A stretch of 64,000 bases of DNA. It comes from Patescibacteria group bacterium (lineage in GTDB: Bacteria > Patescibacteriota > Minisyncoccia > UBA6257 > UBA9933). The stretch is from NCBI GenBank assembly GCA_038065955.1, contig JBBTPY010000001.1:92061-156060 (forward strand), read 5' to 3'. Positions within the stretch are counted from its first letter, which is position 1. Each line of letters opens with the position of its first letter. Position numbers and translations under genes: made by a program. The notes beneath the pieces were generated by a model. The model did no database searches. It worked only from the letters and a program-made list of their open reading frames with translations, and had not been told where the DNA came from. Below, one piece after another: positions 1 through 8,787 of this stretch.

Positions 1-1691
1 TCGCCCGTAATCATTATCACACGCATATCCGCCGCTCTTACTCTTTGCATTGCTTCTTTAACTTCACTACGAAGCGCGTCATTCATACCAAAAAAACCAA
101 CAAAAGTGAGCGGCGGTATTGTGTCTCCATCAATGCTCCGCCCGGTATCTGGATTGGTGGCATAGGCAACCACCCTAAACCCTGCTTGCGCAAGATTGTG
201 GAAAACCGATTCTAATTCTTTTTTCTTTTTTTCATTTAAATTTTCGGCTCCATCTTTGTGCCAGATATGCCTGCAAAGCTCAAGCACTTTTTCTGGCGCG
301 CCGACGACAGTAAGAAAATTTTTGCCGTCAACCGCTCGAATTGTGGCGTGATATTTTTTTTGATAATTAAACGGCAATTCAAAAATTTTTAATGCCTCAT
401 GTTCCAACACCTCATGCCTAAATCCGATTTTTTCGGAAAACACCAACATCGCCGCTTCTGTCGGGTCGCCGGCAATCTTCCATAGTTTGGTTTCTTCCGA
501 AAAAGACAATCGCGCGTTGGCGCAGAATGCCGCAATTCTTCCACTAAAAAGCAGTTCTGGATAATTTAAGGGGTCAGTGGTTTTACCATCAAAAATTGCT
601 TCACCTTTTGGCTCGTATCCGTCGCCTGTGATATTAAAAATTTTGCCGTCCACATACACGCGCTGAATAACCATCTCATTTCTCGTGAGCGTTCCGGTTT
701 TGTCCACCGCAATGACTTTTGTTTGCCCCAATGCTTCCACCGCCTGCAATCGCTTCACCAGCACATTGCGCTTTGACATTCTGTGAACACCGGTTGCCAG
801 AACAAGAGTTATTACAACCGGCAGACCCTCCGGAATGATAGAGACCGAAAGCGCCACCGCCACGGTAAACATTTCTTTGAGGGATTTACCAGAAAAAACG
901 CCAAGAATAATTAAGGAGACACTGATGATGGTTGTGGTAATAACAATAATCCGAGAGAGATAGCGGATATTGGTTTTTAACGGAATCTCGGTATCAAGAG
1001 TAGTAATCCTTTGAGCAATTTTTCCAATCTCTGTTGCGAGTCCTGTCGCCACAACAACTGCGGTGCCGTTTCCGCTTAAAATGTGCGTACCCTTAAATAC
1101 CATATTTTTCTGATCCGCCACCGGCAGATTGTCGGACGGCAATACTGTATCGGTTTTGGTCACTGGTTCTGATTCTCCGGTAAGACTTGCCTCATCAACT
1201 TTCAGGATATTGGAGAAAATAATCCGCGCATCAGCTGGCGTTTTTTCTCCTTCTTGCAATACAATAATGTCCCCAGGCATTATCTCGGCATCTGGGATGA
1301 TAAGTTCTTTCCCGTCTCGCAGCACAGTTGCCGAAGTTTCGGCGAACCTTTTTAAGGCAAGAAGTGTGTTTTGCGCTTTACCTTCTTGGACCATTCCCAG
1401 AATCGCATTAAAAAGAAGCACCGCAAAAATAATCAAAGCGTCAATAGTTGATCCCATGGCAAAAACAATACCGGCTGCGGCAAAGAGAATATAAATCAGC
1501 GGATTTTGAAATTGACGCAGAAAAATAACGGGAAGACTGTCCACCTTCCCTTCGGGAAGTTTATTGAGTCCGTATTTTTGAAAACGCCCGATCGCTTCTT
1601 CTTTTGTTAGCCCATGTTCACGCGAACCAAGCACACCAAAAACCTCAGGAACTGTTTTTGTATGCCATGAAATTTGTTGCGTTATTGCCAT
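1..1691 (-). CDS. P-type cation-transporting ATPase (P2-type, Ca2+/Mg2+-like), N-terminal ~560 aa; C-terminus lies beyond window start
   Basis: Minus-strand translation from ATG at 1691 gives MAITQQISWHTKTVPEVF...; contains the phosphorylation motif DKTGTLT and TGES, typical P-type ATPase layout; ORF runs off position 1. Confidence 0.85.
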   Translation of the reverse strand, partial: MAITQQISWHTKTVPEVFGVLGSREHGLTKEEAIGRFQKYGLNKLPEGKVDSLPVIFLRQFQNPLIYILFAAAGIVFAMGSTIDALIIFAVLLFNAILGMVQEGKAQNTLLALKRFAETSATVLRDGKELIIPDAEIMPGDIIVLQEGEKTPADARIIFSNILKVDEASLTGESEPVTKTDTVLPSDNLPVADQKNMVFKGTHILSGNGTAVVVATGLATEIGKIAQRITTLDTEIPLKTNIRYLSRIIVITTTIISVSLIILGVFSGKSLKEMFTVAVALSVSIIPEGLPVVITLVLATGVHRMSKRNVLVKRLQAVEALGQTKVIAVDKTGTLTRNEMVIQRVYVDGKIFNITGDGYEPKGEAIFDGKTTDPLNYPELLFSGRIAAFCANARLSFSEETKLWKIAGDPTEAAMLVFSEKIGFRHEVLEHEALKIFELPFNYQKKYHATIRAVDGKNFLTVVGAPEKVLELCRHIWHKDGAENLNEKKKKELESVFHNLAQAGFRVVAYATNPDTGRSIDGDTIPPLTFVGFFGMNDALRSEVKEAMQRVRAADMRVIMITG

Positions 1692-1695
1692 AAGA

Positions 1696-1899
1696 TTATT
1701 TGATCAATTCCTCAATTGCGACATTGAGGGCCTTCGCGATTTTGCTCACTACAAAAACGGACGGCTTCTTGATGACACCAGTTTCAATCTTTGTAAGTGT
1801 CGTATAAGCGACATCTGCTTTGCGAGCAAAATCGTCTTGGGAAAGCCCCAGTTTTAATCGCAATTTCCTTATTTTTAGTCCTAGCTGATTACTTTCCAT
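1696..1899 (-). CDS. XRE-family helix-turn-helix transcriptional regulator (67 aa)
   Basis: LGLKIRKLRLKLGLSQDDFARKADVAYTTLTKIETG is a classic Cro/C1 HTH signature. Confidence 0.8.
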   Translation of the reverse strand: MESNQLGLKIRKLRLKLGLSQDDFARKADVAYTTLTKIETGVIKKPSVFVVSKIAKALNVAIEELIK

Positions 1900-1934
1900 A
1901 TATTGATAACATTTAACTGTTGCTTATTTTCGGA

Positions 1935-2525
1935 CACAGTATTATACTAACAGATATGAAGACTTTTTTCAATTTTATCGTTGCAAATAAGCCCGCTCGA
2001 ACTTCGCCAAAAGAAATCAGCGGAGCAAGCGGAGGATTCCTCCCCAAACCCCTCCTCCTCCGCTTGCGACATCCGAATTCAAAAAAGATTAGCCGAGTGT
2101 TTTGCGAAATCCTTTCCCCAAAAAATAGTTTTCGCAAAACCGAGTCCGCATTAGTCCCGCCACCTGCCCGAATACTTGGAGGGCAGAACACCAAAGAAAA
2201 ATGTCCTTTCCTTTTTAGAAGAAATTGGTCGCGCGCAAATCCGAAAAGCAAGGAACATTTTTCTTTGGTGTCCGCCGAGGCTCTGCGAGGCGGTGGCGGG
2301 GCTGATTCATTCGTTCAGTTTCCGCTCGAAAAAAGTTCGCGCAAAGTGTATAATTACAGCACCAGTAGTAACTTGTTCGGAATTAAGAATATGGAGCGAT
2401 TTTGCAGAAGCCAAAATCGCGCTTTGATTTTCGCCAAAACCCTTTCCGCCGTAGGCGGACGCGGGGGTCAGTGCGCGGATTTTGCTTTGCAAAATCCGCT
2501 CCTCTTTCCTAATCCTGAAAATGTC
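1935..2525. ncRNA. GC-rich (~48% vs ~36% background) structured non-coding region; candidate large ncRNA of unresolved identity
   Basis: No credible ORF (frames are low-complexity and overlap a tRNA); >=4 perfect 9-12 bp hairpins (gcggattttgc/gcaaaatccgc; gcgattttg/caaaatcgc; gttttgcgaaa/tttcgcaaaac; gcaagcggagga/tcctccgcttgc). Minus strand has RNase P CR-V-like CGGGCUUA and GGGCAGG; plus strand has GGGGCUGAUUC identical to the E. coli tmRNA 5' end but no tRNA-like 3' domain follows. Confidence 0.3.
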
Positions 2526-2530
2526 TCTGC

Positions 2531-2615
2531 TGGTGCGCGGGAGAGGACTCGAACCTCCAAGCCTTGCGGCGCTACCACCTCAAGGTAGTGCGTTTGCCAA
2601 TTTCGCCACCCGCGC
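2531..2615 (-). tRNA. tRNA-Leu (anticodon GAG inferred), type II with long variable arm
   Basis: Reverse complement GCGCGGGTGGCGAAATTGGCAAACGCACTACCTTGAGGTGGTAGCGCCGCAAGGCTTGGAGGTTCGAGTCCTCTCCCGCGCACCA; 7-bp acceptor, T-loop GGTTCGAGTCC, long variable arm, CCA encoded. Confidence 0.75.
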
Positions 2616-2618
2616 ATG

Positions 2619-2945
2619 TTACGCGGCTACGCCGATTTTCTGACGCGATTTTTTCTTGGAGACATTGCGCAAGTAATATAATTTTGAACGCCGGACTTTT
2701 TTCGGCTCGCTTAAAACTTCCACCTTGGAAATTATCGGCGAATTAATCGGATAAATTTTCTCAACGCCAAACTCGCCAAATGTCGCGCGCACGGTAAAAG
2801 TAGCGCCGGCTTCTTGACCGTGTTTTTTAGCAATCACAACACCTTTAAAATTGCTTATTCTTTCTTTATCACCTTCCTTAATTTTTTCGGAAACGCGAAT
2901 AACCGCTCCAGCCTTAATTTTATTTAAAATATCCTGTGAAATCAT
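2619..2945 (-). CDS. rplS: 50S ribosomal protein L19
   Basis: 108 aa; ...VVIAKKHGQEAGATFTVR...RRSKLYYLR matches bL19. Confidence 0.9.
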   Translation of the reverse strand: MISQDILNKIKAGAVIRVSEKIKEGDKERISNFKGVVIAKKHGQEAGATFTVRATFGEFGVEKIYPINSPIISKVEVLSEPKKVRRSKLYYLRNVSKKKSRQKIGVAA

Positions 2946-2948
2946 GAT

Positions 2949-3728
2949 TTATATACTACTATCGATACTTTCATCTGTCAATCGCAAAATCAATTTATTT
3001 AATTCCTCCGATAATTCAACTTCAATTTTAATATGACCGCCTTCCATCAAATTAAATTCCAAAGATTCAGCGTGAAGAAACTGGCGCTTAAGACCGAAAG
3101 GATTTTGTTTTCGGCTATAAAGCAAATCTCCGACAATCGGATGGCCGATAGAACTCAAATGGACTCTGATTTGATGAGTGCGGCCGGTTTTCGGAAATAC
3201 TTTAACTAATGAAAAAAATGGAAAAAACTTTATAACTTTATATTCCGTAATCGCTTCTTTGAGCATTTTGCCTTTTCCTATTGTCCTTTTAACGGTTTTA
3301 GTAATGCCAATTGGTTTGTCAATTATGCCGCTTCTTGGTTCAACTTTGCCCCAAACCAACGCCAAATAAGTTTTTTTTATTTCATTTTTTTCAAAAAGAC
3401 TTTTCAAATAATCAAAATATTTTTGATTTTTAGCGATTAAAACCACGCCCGAAGTGTCTTTGTCTAAACGATGAACAATGCCCGGCCGAATATTTTCAGT
3501 CGCCTGCCCGCCGGCCATGCCTACCGGCAGGCAGGCCATGCCTACCGGCAGGCAGGCAGGCAAGTCGCCGACGCTTTTAACTTCCGGATAATTTTTTAAA
3601 AGCCAATCAACTAAAGTTTCTTCCGAATCCTTAAACTTTGAGCTTTTAACTTTATGAATTAAAACACCGACGGGCTTATTAACCGCCAGAAAATTTTCAT
3701 CTTCGTAAATAATTTCCGGAGAAAGCAT
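2949..3728 (-). CDS. RluA-family pseudouridine synthase (RluD-like)
   Basis: HRLDKDTSGVVLIAKN catalytic motif; carries an in-frame duplicated insert ACLPVGMACLPVGMAGG encoded by a GC-rich tandem repeat at 3503-3565. Confidence 0.8.
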   Translation of the reverse strand: MLSPEIIYEDENFLAVNKPVGVLIHKVKSSKFKDSEETLVDWLLKNYPEVKSVGDLPACLPVGMACLPVGMAGGQATENIRPGIVHRLDKDTSGVVLIAKNQKYFDYLKSLFEKNEIKKTYLALVWGKVEPRSGIIDKPIGITKTVKRTIGKGKMLKEAITEYKVIKFFPFFSLVKVFPKTGRTHQIRVHLSSIGHPIVGDLLYSRKQNPFGLKRQFLHAESLEFNLMEGGHIKIEVELSEELNKLILRLTDESIDSSI

Positions 3729-3731
3729 TTA

Positions 3732-3806
3732 TGGTGCGCCCATGAAGGATCGAACTTCAGACCTTTCGCATGTCAAGCGAACGCTCTACCACTGAGCTAT
3801 GGGCGC
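3732..3806 (-). tRNA. tRNA-Val (GAC)
   Basis: Revcomp GCGCCCATAGCTCAGTGGTAGAGCGTTCGCTTGACATGCGAAAGGTCTGAAGTTCGATCCTTCATGGGCGCACCA; anticodon loop TTGACAT. Confidence 0.8.
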
Positions 3807-3822
3807 ATAAAAATCTAACGGC

Positions 3823-4182
3823 TTATCCTCTAACCACTTTTTTTACCTTCATTTTTTTCGCCCCCCAAAATTCTTTTAAATATTTTACAATCGTTTTATC
3901 GTCAAAATCTTTACAAGAATACAAGTCCATCGCCACATAACCTTCTTCCGGCCAAGTATGAAGAGAAATATGGCTTTCATAAAGCATAATAAAACCGGAA
4001 ATTCCCCAATTGGGATAAAAATCAGAAACGACTTTTTTTACCACTACCTGACTCAAAGGACGCATTTTAAATTCCGCCGGCAAAAATTTAAGAAGTTTTT
4101 TAATTCCTTTATCGTCTTTTAATTTTTTTTCATCTATTCCGTAAGCGTCTATGATAAGATGCTTACCCCAAGTTTTTTGCAT
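3823..4182 (-). CDS. speH: S-adenosylmethionine decarboxylase proenzyme (small bacterial/archaeal type)
   Basis: 119 aa; ESHISLHTWPE self-processing motif of AdoMetDC. Confidence 0.85.
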   Translation of the reverse strand: MQKTWGKHLIIDAYGIDEKKLKDDKGIKKLLKFLPAEFKMRPLSQVVVKKVVSDFYPNWGISGFIMLYESHISLHTWPEEGYVAMDLYSCKDFDDKTIVKYLKEFWGAKKMKVKKVVRG

Positions 4183-4231
4183 TTTTTATTATTGAAAATT
4201 TTTTAAAATTTCAAAAATTTTTATTTCTAAA

Positions 4232-4263
4232 ATTATAATAGAAATAAAAAAGAAACGCGTCAA
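4232..4263 (-). promoter_or_regulatory. Putative sigma70-like promoter for speH
   Basis: Minus strand TTGACG - 17 nt - TATTATAAT about 50 nt upstream of the speH ATG. Confidence 0.35.
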
Positions 4264-4289
4264 TGTGGATAACTTAATATAGAAAATGC

Positions 4290-4363
4290 GGCGCCCTCGA
4301 AGGGAATCGAACCCCTATCAAGACCTTAGAAGAGTCCTGCTTTATCCATTAAGCTACGAGGGC
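4290..4363 (-). tRNA. tRNA-Arg (TCT)
   Basis: Revcomp GCCCTCGTAGCTTAATGGATAAAGCAGGACTCTTCTAAGGTCTTGATAGGGGTTCGATTCCCTTCGAGGGCGCC; anticodon loop CTTCTAA. Confidence 0.75.
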
Positions 4364-4424
4364 TTTTTAAAATTTTATAATTTTTAATTGATAATTTCAA
4401 GATTTTTATTTATAATAATTTTAT

Positions 4425-4495
4425 CGGGATGGAGTATGACGGCAGTACGCCTGTTTTGGGAACAGGTAGACCGAGTTCGACTCTCGGCATCCCGA
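4425..4495 (+). tRNA. tRNA-Pro (TGG)
   Basis: CGGGATGGAGTATGACGGCAGTACGCCTGTTTTGGGAACAGGTAGACCGAGTTCGACTCTCGGCATCCCGA; anticodon stem CCTGT/ACAGG, loop TTTGGGA. Confidence 0.7.
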
Positions 4496-4506
4496 CAAAA
4501 AAATTA

Positions 4507-4545
4507 GGCGGTAATCATCATATATGATGATTACCGCCTTTTGTT
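4507..4545 (+). terminator. Rho-independent terminator downstream of tRNA-Pro
   Basis: Perfect hairpin ggcggtaatcatcatatatgatgattaccgcc followed by ttttgtt. Confidence 0.7.
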
Positions 4546-4841
4546 AAAAATAAAATTTTAAATTTTAAAAATTTTTTAAAGAACATATACCGAGCGCGGC
4601 AGTTTTTCAATATCTTTTTGCGATATTCTTATCGCAATATATTAATATTGAAGCTTTCCGTAGTTTCCGAAACTATATTGCCCAGTCGGTAAACACTCCT
4701 TTCTCCCACATAAGTTTTGGGGATTCATATAGATTCACTATATGAATAAACACCCTGGTCCTGCATCTTTCAATTTTTTACTCCATACATATACGCTTTT
4801 CTTTTTAACCCATCAGACATATGGCCGTCACCTCCTTTCTG

Positions 4842-5018
4842 TTAATACTTGTACTTGTCGTCCAAACTTGGGCTGTCGCCTTTTGCCGACCCTATCAGTT
4901 GTTTGCCTTCGTAAATTTTCCTTTTGTTTTCATCTACGCGATTCCTGTCTCCTCTTATCCACTTCTTCATATTCTCTCTTTTCTTTTTCTCAATATCCAC
5001 ATATCCTTCCTTAGACAT
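4842..5018 (-). CDS. Small basic hypothetical protein (58 aa), below the ORF-track size cut-off
   Basis: MSKEGYVDIEKKKRENMKKWIRGDRNRVDENKRKIYEGKQLIGSAKGDSPSLDDKYKY; strong SD GGAGAGGAGG 8 nt upstream of the ATG; the plus-strand ORFs overlapping here are low-complexity. Confidence 0.45.
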   Translation of the reverse strand: MSKEGYVDIEKKKRENMKKWIRGDRNRVDENKRKIYEGKQLIGSAKGDSPSLDDKYKY

Positions 5019-5103
5019 TTTTTTACCTCCTCTCCTTATTTTTTATTTTAATAAAATTAACTATGTCAAAAATCTATTATAAAGTATAATGTATTCATAA
5101 ATT

Positions 5104-6105
5104 ATGTCAATAACCGACAAAAAACCGAAAATTGTCGTCATTTTAGGCCCAACCGCTTCCGGTAAATCGGAATTGGCGGTAAAACTCGCTAAAAAGTTTG
5201 ACGGCGAGATTATTTCTGCCGATTCAAGACAAGTTTACAAAGGACTCAACATCGGCTCGGGAAAAATTACGAAAAAAGAAATGAGGGGTATTCCTCATTA
5301 TCTTCTTGATGTCGCCAGCCCGAAAAAAACTTTTACTGTCGTTCAATACCAAAAATTGGCCGAAAAAGCGCTCCGAAAAATCATAAAAAAAGACAAGCTG
5401 CCGATTATCTGCGGCGGAACGGGATTATATATTGACGCTTTAATTTACGATTATCATTTGCCCGAAGTTCCGCCTTTACCAAAATTAAGAAAAAAACTTG
5501 AAAGAAAAACAACTGATGAACTTTTTAGACAACTCCAAAAACTTGACGCCAGACGCGCGAAAAACATAGACAAACACAATCGGCGCCGTTTAATCCGCGC
5601 TTTGGAAATAATTATTTCCACCGGAAAACCAATACAACCTTTAAAATTCGCATGGGCACATTCGCATTTCGCGACTGCGAAGCGAGAGCGAGCGCTATTC
5701 GCATGCCTAAAAATCGGCGTCAAAAAAACTCCGGAAGAATTAAAAAAACTTATCGCTGGAAGATTAAAAAAACGGCTCAAAATCGGAATGATTAAAGAAG
5801 TAAAAAATCTTCACGAAAAACAAAATTTAAGCTGGAAAAGATTAGATAATTTAGGCCTTGAATACCGCTATGTTTCTCGCTTCCTTTGTCAGCGAGCGCG
5901 GACTTATGCGGACTCTACGCAGACAAACGCAGAAAAAAAACGAATTATTAAAAAATTAAAACAAGAAATGATTGATTTAATTGAAAAAAAATCGCTACGC
6001 TATGCCAAACGCCAGATGACCTGGTTCAAAAAAGATAAAAATATTATTTGGATAGATAATCCAAAAAAATCTTTCGCAATATATCAGGACTGGTTTGCCC
6101 CTTAA
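5104..6105 (+). CDS. miaA: tRNA dimethylallyltransferase
   Basis: GPTASGKS P-loop, ISADSRQVYKGLNIGSGK; contains GC-rich in-frame inserts (5646-5703, 5872-5930); the 3' end overlaps convergent gatB by 62 bp, so the C-terminus may be over-extended. Confidence 0.85.
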   Translation: MSITDKKPKIVVILGPTASGKSELAVKLAKKFDGEIISADSRQVYKGLNIGSGKITKKEMRGIPHYLLDVASPKKTFTVVQYQKLAEKALRKIIKKDKLPIICGGTGLYIDALIYDYHLPEVPPLPKLRKKLERKTTDELFRQLQKLDARRAKNIDKHNRRRLIRALEIIISTGKPIQPLKFAWAHSHFATAKRERALFACLKIGVKKTPEELKKLIAGRLKKRLKIGMIKEVKNLHEKQNLSWKRLDNLGLEYRYVSRFLCQRARTYADSTQTNAEKKRIIKKLKQEMIDLIEKKSLRYAKRQMTWFKKDKNIIWIDNPKKSFAIYQDWFAP

Positions 6106-7537
6106 GTTCCGCCATTGCCTGACCGATTAAAAATTGCAAAGAATTTTCTTTGCCTTTTTTGTAATCAATGACCGCTTTTGGATTTTTCGCGATAATTTCC
6201 ATAACGGCTTTTTTAATCGTTTCTTCATCAGAAATTTGAATCAAACCTTTTTCCACTATAATCCGACGCGGGTCTAAACCGCTTGCCGCCATTTCCCTTA
6301 AAATTTCTTTGGCTAAACGGCTGGAAATTTCACCTTTAATTATTAAAACAATTAAATCGGCAAAATTTTCCGGAATGATTTTTATATCATCAATACTTAA
6401 ACTGATTTCATTCATTAGTCCCTTAAAATCGCTTGTTAAATAATTAAAAAGAAGTTTAACGTGTTTGTTTTTATCGCCGTTTTCCGAGATTTCCGAAAAA
6501 AGTTCGGAAACGGATTTTTCAAAATATTCCGCCAACCGCGGCTCGTTTATTAAAATTTCCGCCTGCTCCGGCATTAAACCGAATTCTTTTAAAAATCTTT
6601 CCCGTTTTTGCAATGGCAATTCCGGGATTTCCGCTTTCAATTTTCCTAAATCAAAATCCGTCAAATCCAAAATTGGCAAATCAGGCTCTGGAAAATAACG
6701 ATAATCGTGCGCTTTTTCTTTAAGACGCTGACTAACCGTAATTTTTTTATTTTCGTCCCAACCGCGGGTTTCATGTTTTACTTCTTGCCCTTCGTCTAAA
6801 ATTTCCGATTGCCTTTTTATTTCATAATCAATCGCCTCTTTAACGGCTCGAAAAGAATTTAAATTTTTAACCTCCACTTTTGTTCCAAACTCGCTGTTTT
6901 TTGAAACGCTGATATTGGCCTCAATTCTCATCTGCCCTTTTTCCATATCAGCGTCTGAAATTTCTAAATAACGCAAAATCAATTGCAGTTCCCGGGCAAA
7001 TTCAACCGCTTCTTCACCGCTTTTAATATTCGGCTCGGTCACTAATTCCATCAAAGGAATGCCGGCGCGGTTAAAATCAACCAAACTATACGCCGTGTGG
7101 AGTAAGCGGGCGGTATCTTCTTCTAAATGAATTCTTGTTATTTTTACGTTATTAAGACTGCCGCCAATGACGAGCGGTTTGTCGTATTGCGATATCTGGT
7201 ATCCCTTTGGCAAATCGGGATAAAAATAATTTTTCCGGTCAAATTTTGAGGTTTCCGGAATTTCCGAATTCAAAGCCAGTCCGAGTTTCAAAACGGATTC
7301 AACGGCTTTTTTATTGATAGTCGGAAGCGTCCCCGGATAGCCGGTACAAATCGGACAGATATTAGTATTAGGCTTTATTTCTGATTTCCCGCGTAATTCC
7401 ACGTTAAGTCCGCGTAGTTCTGCGATTTCGCTCGACGAAATATTAAGGCAGCCGCAAAACATCTTTGTTTTGGTTTTTAATTGAACATGAATTTCAAGGC
7501 CGATGGTTGGTTTATACATTTTTTTATTATACGCCAT
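6044..7537 (-). CDS. gatB: Asp-tRNA(Asn)/Glu-tRNA(Gln) amidotransferase subunit B
   Basis: 497 aa, MAYNKKMYKPTIGLEIHVQLKTKTKMFCGC... typical GatB N-terminus and YqeY-like C-terminus. Confidence 0.9.
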   Translation of the reverse strand: MAYNKKMYKPTIGLEIHVQLKTKTKMFCGCLNISSSEIAELRGLNVELRGKSEIKPNTNICPICTGYPGTLPTINKKAVESVLKLGLALNSEIPETSKFDRKNYFYPDLPKGYQISQYDKPLVIGGSLNNVKITRIHLEEDTARLLHTAYSLVDFNRAGIPLMELVTEPNIKSGEEAVEFARELQLILRYLEISDADMEKGQMRIEANISVSKNSEFGTKVEVKNLNSFRAVKEAIDYEIKRQSEILDEGQEVKHETRGWDENKKITVSQRLKEKAHDYRYFPEPDLPILDLTDFDLGKLKAEIPELPLQKRERFLKEFGLMPEQAEILINEPRLAEYFEKSVSELFSEISENGDKNKHVKLLFNYLTSDFKGLMNEISLSIDDIKIIPENFADLIVLIIKGEISSRLAKEILREMAASGLDPRRIIVEKGLIQISDEETIKKAVMEIIAKNPKAVIDYKKGKENSLQFLIGQAMAELKGQTSPDILRKIFLDYLSK

Positions 7538-7549
7538 TGAATAAAAAAA

Positions 7550-7711
7550 TTAAGGGTGGCAATGGCCACCCTTAGGATTAGGTCCGCAATCCGGACAAAT
7601 TACTCGGCCTAAAATTTTATAATCGCTTTCTTCGGCGATTTTATTGCTCCATTCGCCATTAATCCGCAATCTTCTACAAATCGCGCAAACCGCTTCTTTA
7701 ATCCTTCCCAT
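7550..7711 (-). CDS. Small zinc-ribbon protein (53 aa), hypothetical
   Basis: MGRIKEAVCAICRRLRINGEWSNKIAEESDYKILGRVICPDCGPNPKGGHCHP; CxxC...CxxC; SD GGGGGAG upstream; a second 47-aa ORF (MMRIVICLCPSEILS..., SD AAGGAGGTG, 7700-7841) overlaps its start. Confidence 0.4.
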   Translation of the reverse strand: MGRIKEAVCAICRRLRINGEWSNKIAEESDYKILGRVICPDCGPNPKGGHCHP

Positions 7712-7874
7712 AATTCTCCCCCTTTTTTATTTTTTCTTTTATTTTATCCGTTAGCTTTTTTAATTTATTTTTTTTTATTAATAAAAGATTTTTTATGGAA
7801 AGTATCTCGCTCGGACACAAACAAATAACTATTCGCATCATTATTATCACCTCCTTTATTAAAATTTAAAATTG

Positions 7875-8300
7875 CTATTCTTCTATTTCAATCCCCATTG
7901 AACGGGCGGTTCCGGCAATAATTTTCATCGCCGCTTCAATATCATTGGCATTTAAATCTTCCATTTTCTTTTCCGCGATTTCGCGGAGCTGGACTTTTGT
8001 GATTTTGCCGGATTTTTTCTTAAGCGGGTCGCCGGAGCCTTTTTCAATACCGGCCGCTTTGCGAAGCATATCGGAAGCCGGCGGAGTTTTCAACTTAAAT
8101 TCAAAACTCCTATCTTCAAAAATCGTAAGTTCAACGGGAATAATGTTGCCCGCCATAGCTTTCGTGGCCTCATTGAATTGCTGGCAAAAACCGGCGATAT
8201 TAACGCCGTGCTGGCCGAGAGCCGGTCCTATCGGCGGAGCAGGATTGGCCGCCCCGGCCGAAATTTGAAGTTTTAAAATTGTTTTAATAAGTTTTGCCAT
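7875..8300 (-). CDS. rplK: 50S ribosomal protein L11
   Basis: [24 protein letters not shown]... canonical uL11. Confidence 0.95.
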   Translation of the reverse strand: MAKLIKTILKLQISAGAANPAPPIGPALGQHGVNIAGFCQQFNEATKAMAGNIIPVELTIFEDRSFEFKLKTPPASDMLRKAAGIEKGSGDPLKKKSGKITKVQLREIAEKKMEDLNANDIEAAMKIIAGTARSMGIEIEE

Positions 8301-8310
8301 AAATTATAAA

Positions 8311-8775
8311 TTATCGCTTCCTCCATTGTCTTCCCCGCCTTGCTTTTCTAAGGCCGTATTTTTTGCGTTCAACCATCCGGCTGTCCCGCGTTAAAAAACC
8401 GACGCGGCGCAAACGCTTTTTAAAATCAGCGTTAAATTTCACGAGCGCCCGAGAAATGCCATGCCGTATCGCTTCAGCTTGAGACGATAATCCGCCCCCG
8501 GCCACTTTAACGGTCGCTCCGAATTTATCGGTAGTTTTCATTTTTTCCAAAGCCGCCAAAACTTCATTTTGAAGACGCAAGGTTGGAAAATATTTATCGT
8601 AATTTTTATCATTAACAATAATGCCTTCCCGTTTTGTATAAAGCCGAACGCGGGCAATGGCCGTTTTTCTCCTGCCAACCGCCTCAAAATAACGCTCATC
8701 TTTAACGGACTCCTTCGCCGATTTTTTCGGTTTTACTTTTTCGTCTTTTTGAATTTTAGAAATTTTTTCCGTCAT
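8311..8775 (-). CDS. rpsI: 30S ribosomal protein S9
   Basis: GGGLSSQAEAIRHGISRAL...RKKYGLRKARR C-terminus. Confidence 0.95.
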   Translation of the reverse strand: MTEKISKIQKDEKVKPKKSAKESVKDERYFEAVGRRKTAIARVRLYTKREGIIVNDKNYDKYFPTLRLQNEVLAALEKMKTTDKFGATVKVAGGGLSSQAEAIRHGISRALVKFNADFKKRLRRVGFLTRDSRMVERKKYGLRKARRGRQWRKR

Positions 8776-8787
8776 CGCTAAATAAAA

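Noticed and set aside
1129-1494. 121-aa plus-strand ORF
   Set aside because: Antisense to, and wholly inside, the P-type ATPase gene; no motif; typical shadow ORF.
2299-2530. tmRNA call based on exact GGGGCUGAUUC 5' motif
   Set aside because: No tRNA-like T-arm/acceptor/CCA follows before the minus-strand tRNA-Leu at 2531. Only ~230 nt is available, so this is likely coincidence or a different RNA.
1913-2588. ORFs 1920-2588(+), 2176-2427(+), 1913-2251(-), 2307-2492(-)
   Set aside because: Low-complexity translations in a GC-rich hairpin-dense block; one runs through the tRNA-Leu gene. Interpreted as non-coding structured RNA.
4742-5051. Plus-strand ORFs of 90 and 76 aa
   Set aside because: Leu/Phe-rich low complexity, no RBS; the opposite strand carries a better small ORF with a perfect SD.
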